Shown piece after piece: positions 57,416-64,000 of a DNA stretch of 64,000 bases. The stretch lies in the NCBI RefSeq assembly GCF_009914755.1, contig NC_060931.1; one strand, given 5' to 3'. The translations under genes were made by a program, and so were the position numbers. This DNA is from the human T2T-CHM13v2.0 reference genome, Homo sapiens. The notes under the pieces were generated by a model. That model saw nothing but the letters and a program-made list of their open reading frames with translations, made no database searches and was not told the DNA's origin. Numbering within the stretch: the first letter of the stretch is position 1; every line of letters begins with the position of its first letter.

Positions 57416-59900
57416 GGGGCATAGCTCAATCTTACATCAAACCACCTCAACAGCCCAGAGGAAATTGAGAGGCCCGGAAGTCCACTGAATGATTCTGATT
57501 GGCCTGGGTCAGGCCAGCGCCCGTCTCAGAACCAATCATGGGGTCCAGGGGGTGGGATAACTGCACTTGGCCTGCCCTGGTCACGTGCCCACCCCAATGG
57601 CTGGAGTAAGGGTGAGTGGAAGTGGTTCTGGTCAGCAGCATTGCAGGACCATGCAATCCAATTGAGGGGATTGTTGGCAGATGATAAAGCAACAGCAATA
57701 GATGTCCTATCCAACTGTCCTGAGACAACTGAAAAATAACACTCATGATAAAAAAAAAATTGTATTGATCTTCAACGTCTTTCACTGCCCTTTGATAGAA
57801 GCAGGAAAGATTATTCAGCATACACCCATGCCTCTGATTTTACAATCACAGTTTTGTAGGATTCCCCAGGTAGCACAAGCAAAAGGGAAGGGAGTAAGGT
57901 GGGCCTCTCTCAGCACCGTCAACTGAGACCAGCCACTTACAGAGCTGAGCCCAGCTGCTGAAACTCCTGAGCTAATTTCCTTTGCAGGAAAACTGAAAGA
58001 AAGATTGCTTATCCCCATAATCTCTCCAAAGAGTGTTGTCACTCAGGTGCCTACCCCTCCCCTCGATGCCCCTTGCTCCAGGTGTCCCTTTGAGGGGTGC
58101 TCAACCCAAATCCTGAATGTGCAGACAGAAGGCAGGTAGAAGTTTGGCACCACTGAAGTCTGGGTTTCCAGGCCAAACTCCGCACTTGCCAATAACTATT
58201 TACATTACAGAAGCAAAAGCACAAAGCCCGGGGCCTCTCAGGGCTGCTTGGCTAACAAAGGGCCTTAATGAGCCCTGAGAATCCTGCTTTCCGAGCTGAA
58301 CAAGTGGCTCAAGGTCAATATCGTCAGAATTCGGGGAGAAGACCTTGTTTTGACTGAAAGATCAAAGCAAGGGGCATTTTTGATCGGAATTGGCCAGACA
58401 AATATTTTAGCCTCCAATTTACTCTGATTATGCAGAACAGGTCTGAGAGGGTCACAGCCATTAGAAAGACGGTCACTCAGCCTGGCCAGGCTAAAGGGAC
58501 AACAAGCCTTGTAGGAGAGTCCTGAGAGTGGAGAATGTTCCACCGGGTGGCCTGTGGGAAGTAACAGAGGCAGGGGAACCCCCAGCCCACTCGCTGAGCT
58601 TGTGACATGGTTGAGGAGGGGGTGCTGGGATGGAAGGGGCCTCAGGACCTCTGTTGTCCCTTAGCCGTGCTGCAGCTACCTGCCATACAGCCAGTTAACA
58701 GCCAGGTTGGAAGGACAATCAGGCCACCTGCTCCTACCGGGCCACTTGCACTTCTGCTGCTCCCTGCTGAAAATGCTCACAGTGGAACATAAAACCCACT
58801 GCACACTGCAAGCTCTAGGGAGACACTGACAAGAGCCTCAGGGCTGCCCCTGAGAAGCTGGTGTGAAGAGCCAGGAAAGGCCTGGAGAGGCCGATAAGAA
58901 AGGATGGTCCTCCAAGGGGCAAATGCACCAGGAGCGAGGCTCCCCTGGACGAGGTGGATGGAGCGTGTCCCTGGAAGATCCCCATGAGCACTGGATCCTG
59001 AGTCCGTCCTAGGAGGGCTTTCCTGACATAGCAGACATTGGCTGGACACTTACTCTGCAGCAGGCACCAGGCTTTTACATGAAGTTATTTACAGAATTCT
59101 CATAACCACTCTGCAATGCTGTCTCAATTTTATAATAAGGCACCTGAGAATCAAAGCTATACAATAACCTGCTCAAGTCAAGCCAGCAACTACGTCGCAG
59201 AAGCAGGATCAGAACCCAGACCTGTCTGTCTTCAGCGTCTTTGCAGAATCAAGCAGCTACTCTAACTTCCCTGTATAAACTATACCCAAAGGGTTGGTGC
59301 ATTTTAGAAGATTCCAGCTAATACATAAAAAAGAAATGACAGATTTAGAATATCAGGATTTCACCACTCTGCAACCCCTAATGAAGAAATAGTTCTAGGC
59401 AATAATCATCAATGACTAAAGAAACTATTAGGCATAAAAACTGATGGGGAACCTTACATTGGATGGATCAACCCTAATATCACGAAAGAAGAAACTACCA
59501 GATGCTTCCCAATGTACTACAGTGGGGAGGTATGCACAATTACCAATCATCAAAAAATCAGACCTGGATCTAAACAAGATGCTAAATCTACTGCCAGTTT
59601 ATAAGGAACCACAGGGGACAAAAGAACATCTTAAACTACACCACAGTTGATAAATGGAAAAATCCAAAATATGAGCAATTCTTCAGTTCAAAACGACCTG
59701 GCTCCTTCCACAAATAAATTGCTAGGAGGGAGGAAAGACAGAAGGAGCCACTTATAGATCAAAAGAAGCTTCAGAAACATCGACCAAATGAAATGTGTAG
59801 ACCTTGTTTAGATGCCAATTCAAACAAATCTACTAGATAAAAGCATTTTTTAGACAATAGGGCATATTTGCATACTGGCTGGATATTCGATGACACCAAA

Positions 59901-60794
<894 letters not shown>

Positions 60795-61011
60795 AGGAAC
60801 ATTTAGAGATGAAATGATAAATTAACTGAGATTTGCTTAAAATACCCAATATGGGGGTCAGAGAGTGTAGGTGAAGCATGTTAGCCCTATTTGGATCATT
60901 GTTAGCCTGAGTGGCAGCTTCATAATGATACATTATTTATCTCCTCTGCTCTGAAATATGCATGAAATGATTTATAATTTATCAATAAGGTGGGAGTGCC
61001 TTCCATCACAC

Positions 61012-61169
61012 CAGTGATCCTCAAACTTCAGGGGACACAGAATTACTAGAAAGCATATTAAACATGCAGATTTCCTGAGTCCTGTCTTGAGGATCTATCT
61101 GGGTTCAGCAGGTTTAGAATGGGATCCTGGGGATTCTGAGTGGAACTGACCAGGCCTTAAGAATCACTA
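61012..61169. mobile_element. MER5A-family hAT relic
   Basis: cagtgatcctcaaactt...ttaaacatgcagatt...aagaatcacta terminal inverted ends. Confidence 0.8.
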
Positions 61170-62336
61170 TACGATTACGGGAAGATTAATAAGAAAGCAA
61201 TAAATATTAGGCACAAAAAAGTTAGAGACATTCAAAGAATAGACATATTGGATCAATAGGAGAAAACAAGGAAGTCTGCCTGAGAGGGATGATGTCTGAG
61301 TTAAGGACATCGAAGAGTGGACAGAATTTAATAGCATGAGATTTGAAATTTTCTTTTAAACCCTAGAGGCAAGAAAAGGCAGGGCACGGCTGAGACATAC
61401 CAACTTGTCCAGCTTGGTTGAAGAATAAGATCAGGGAAAGGGAGGTGTAAAGTAGTGAAATTGAAGATGAGGTCTTGCTTTGCAGAGTCCTGAATGCTGG
61501 GGTTTGTATGTAAGTCAGCAAGCAAAGGAACTATTGATGGAGTCTGCCAAGTGGAATGACATGTTTGGTGTTATGCATTTTAACTCAAATCCCCATTTCA
61601 GAATAAACCCCATTTGTTAATACCATCCTCTCTAATGTTGCTTAGAAAGTACTATAAAGCTTGGACATGGCATGGCTAATAACATGTTTGCCAAAACCAA
61701 GACCAGCACTCAGAAAGCCATGCACTTCTCTGTGGGGGCCTGCTGTGGGGTGGGGGTGGCTGAGCTTCAGTTCATTCCTTTCTGCTTCCTGCTTTTACAA
61801 ACATACAGTGCAGAGTGATATGCTCACCTCCAGAGGGCAACAACCAAAGTGGCAAATGTATAACAGATCATCACGGCTGCTTTAAATCCTAACCAAATAA
61901 ACTTCTTATTTTTCTAAGTATTGACTAAGCATGGTGTGGTTCAGGCCACTGTTTGGAAAGGTGGACTCAGCTTCACATTTTTCCTTGTATATTTTGACAT
62001 TTCTGAGAGTGGACAATGGCATTGAGAAGGTTGGATCTGTGTTATTCCTCTGTGTAATGGAGAATGTAAATTATTACTCTTTCTTCTCTTCTAAAAGTGT
62101 CTCTTATGTGTCCAAGGAGAATCTTAAAGGCCCAGCATGCAGGGCAACATTTTTGCCCTTGTGAACTCAGAGTTCAGTGTTAAACAGTTATGTTTGTTAC
62201 AAGTAAATAAATGCAAGAGGGCAGTGGACACACACGCATGCAGAGAAATACAAGCACACACACAGTTTTATCCGAATAGACAGGACCATATGTTTTTAAT
62301 TGAATTGCATTGCATCTAAGACACTCCTGATTATAA

Positions 62337-62729
<393 letters not shown>

Positions 62730-62894
62730 TGAAATACAGTATTTTGTTAAAATTCTCCTCCAGAACAGGGCTCAAATGACACTTTCTGTAAGTGCTGTTA
62801 TTAGTCATCTGCATTCACAGGAACGTGGAAGTTATCACCATTACCACAGCAAGGCACCTACCTCAAGTCACACAGCAAGAACTGAAATAAAGAG

Positions 62895-63060
62895 CACTGA
62901 ATGTGGAATTAGGAAGCCTTGGTTCAGATACCAGCCCTGCCACTTCCTACTGTGCAAACTTAAGCCAGGCTTGCAAACTCCCTGGGTTTCAATTTCCTTA
63001 TCTGTTACATGGGGATAATGATATTTACCAAACAAGACTGTTGTAAGAATAAAATCACAA
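62895..63060. mobile_element. MIR fragment
   Basis: ggttcaga..ccagccctgccacttcctactgtg...tttccttatctgt..atggggataat...gttgtaagaataaaat. Confidence 0.78.
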
Positions 63061-63261
63061 ACCCACACAAATTTTCCTAGCCCCAAATCTGTCATACACC
63101 AAGTGATTACAAAATGTAGAATCCAAATCCAAGTACTCATGCCACACATAATTAATGTCATGCACTGTGGAGGATGCATAATGGAATCAACAATCAGCAA
63201 AGTAAGTCCTTACTGAGATCTTACCATGAGAACTTGCCCTTAGTTTCCCATTATGTAACAT

Positions 63262-63448
63262 GATGGTTCTCAAACTTGAGCATGGATCATGATCACCCAG
63301 AGGGTGATTGTTACATCACAGATTACCAGGCCCACTTCCAGAACTTCTGGCTCAATACATCTGAAGTGGGACCCAAGAATTTGCATTTCTAACGTCCCAG
63401 GTGATTCTGATGCTGCTGCTTCAGGTACCACACTTAGGAGAACCACTG
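63262..63448. mobile_element. MER5A hAT relic
   Basis: tggttctcaaacttgagcat...aatttgcatttctaac..cccaggtgat.ctgatgctgct...gagaaccactg. Confidence 0.9.
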
Positions 63449-64000
63449 ATGTCAAGTGCAGTCTCTGCCCCAAGGAGCTCTTCGTCTAATTGAGGAAATA
63501 AGGAAAAACTCACAAGACATTCTAGCAAATAGCAAAGCCCCCTCTCTCATTATGGGTTGATGGGTGGGACCCAGATGATGGCTGCAGGAGGGGTTCAGGG
63601 GAGAGAGTGAGAATAGTGAAGGCTGGAGTGGCCATACCTCTGATAAGATTGGACAGGATCTTGGAGACTGGGCAGATTTTGTCCAGGATGCAGCAGGGTG
63701 AATCCTGACACTGTTAGGATACTGACTGGCTGGTGTCCATTGTGATTGGTCAGAGCCATGCCCATTAGGTAGCTTAGTTTGCTCCTTGATGGACAGATGT
63801 GGCAAGGGAGTCCAGGTAAAGGAACAAACACAGAGGAGGGAATGAGGGTTCTGGTTGGCAGGAAAACAAGCCAGATAGGGCAGAAGGCGGCACCAGGGAG
63901 AGGTGAAAGCAGCTGAGAGGGATGTTAGGAGGTGATGTGGTTGGGACTAGGGTCCATAAAAACAGTCTGGAGAGAGCAGTGTAGGTAGCAGGCATGCACA

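Overview
This is primate (most likely human) non-coding genomic DNA, dominated by interspersed repeats. These include 14 Alu elements, two long L1 5' halves in tandem, many older L1/L2/MIR fragments, a near full-length THE1 MaLR provirus, several solo LTRs and small DNA-transposon relics (MER5, MADE1). The one clearly functional-looking landmark is a CpG island at ~7.6-8.3 kb. It carries CCAAT, GC-box, MYB-like and CHR-like motifs and two minus-strand 5' splice donors, suggesting the promoter and 5' exons of a gene running leftward out of the window. I cannot name that gene. No protein-coding exon can be confidently supported; the listed ORFs are mostly repeat-derived or of chance length. The most interesting structures are a ~175 bp exon-shaped local duplication at 38.45/39.62 kb, the promoter architecture, a CpG/TAAT-rich repeat-free block near 19 kb, and an intact MADE1 (miR-548-type) hairpin. 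I see no evidence for a novel multi-gene system. Repeat subfamily names come from recalled consensus sequences, not from a search.
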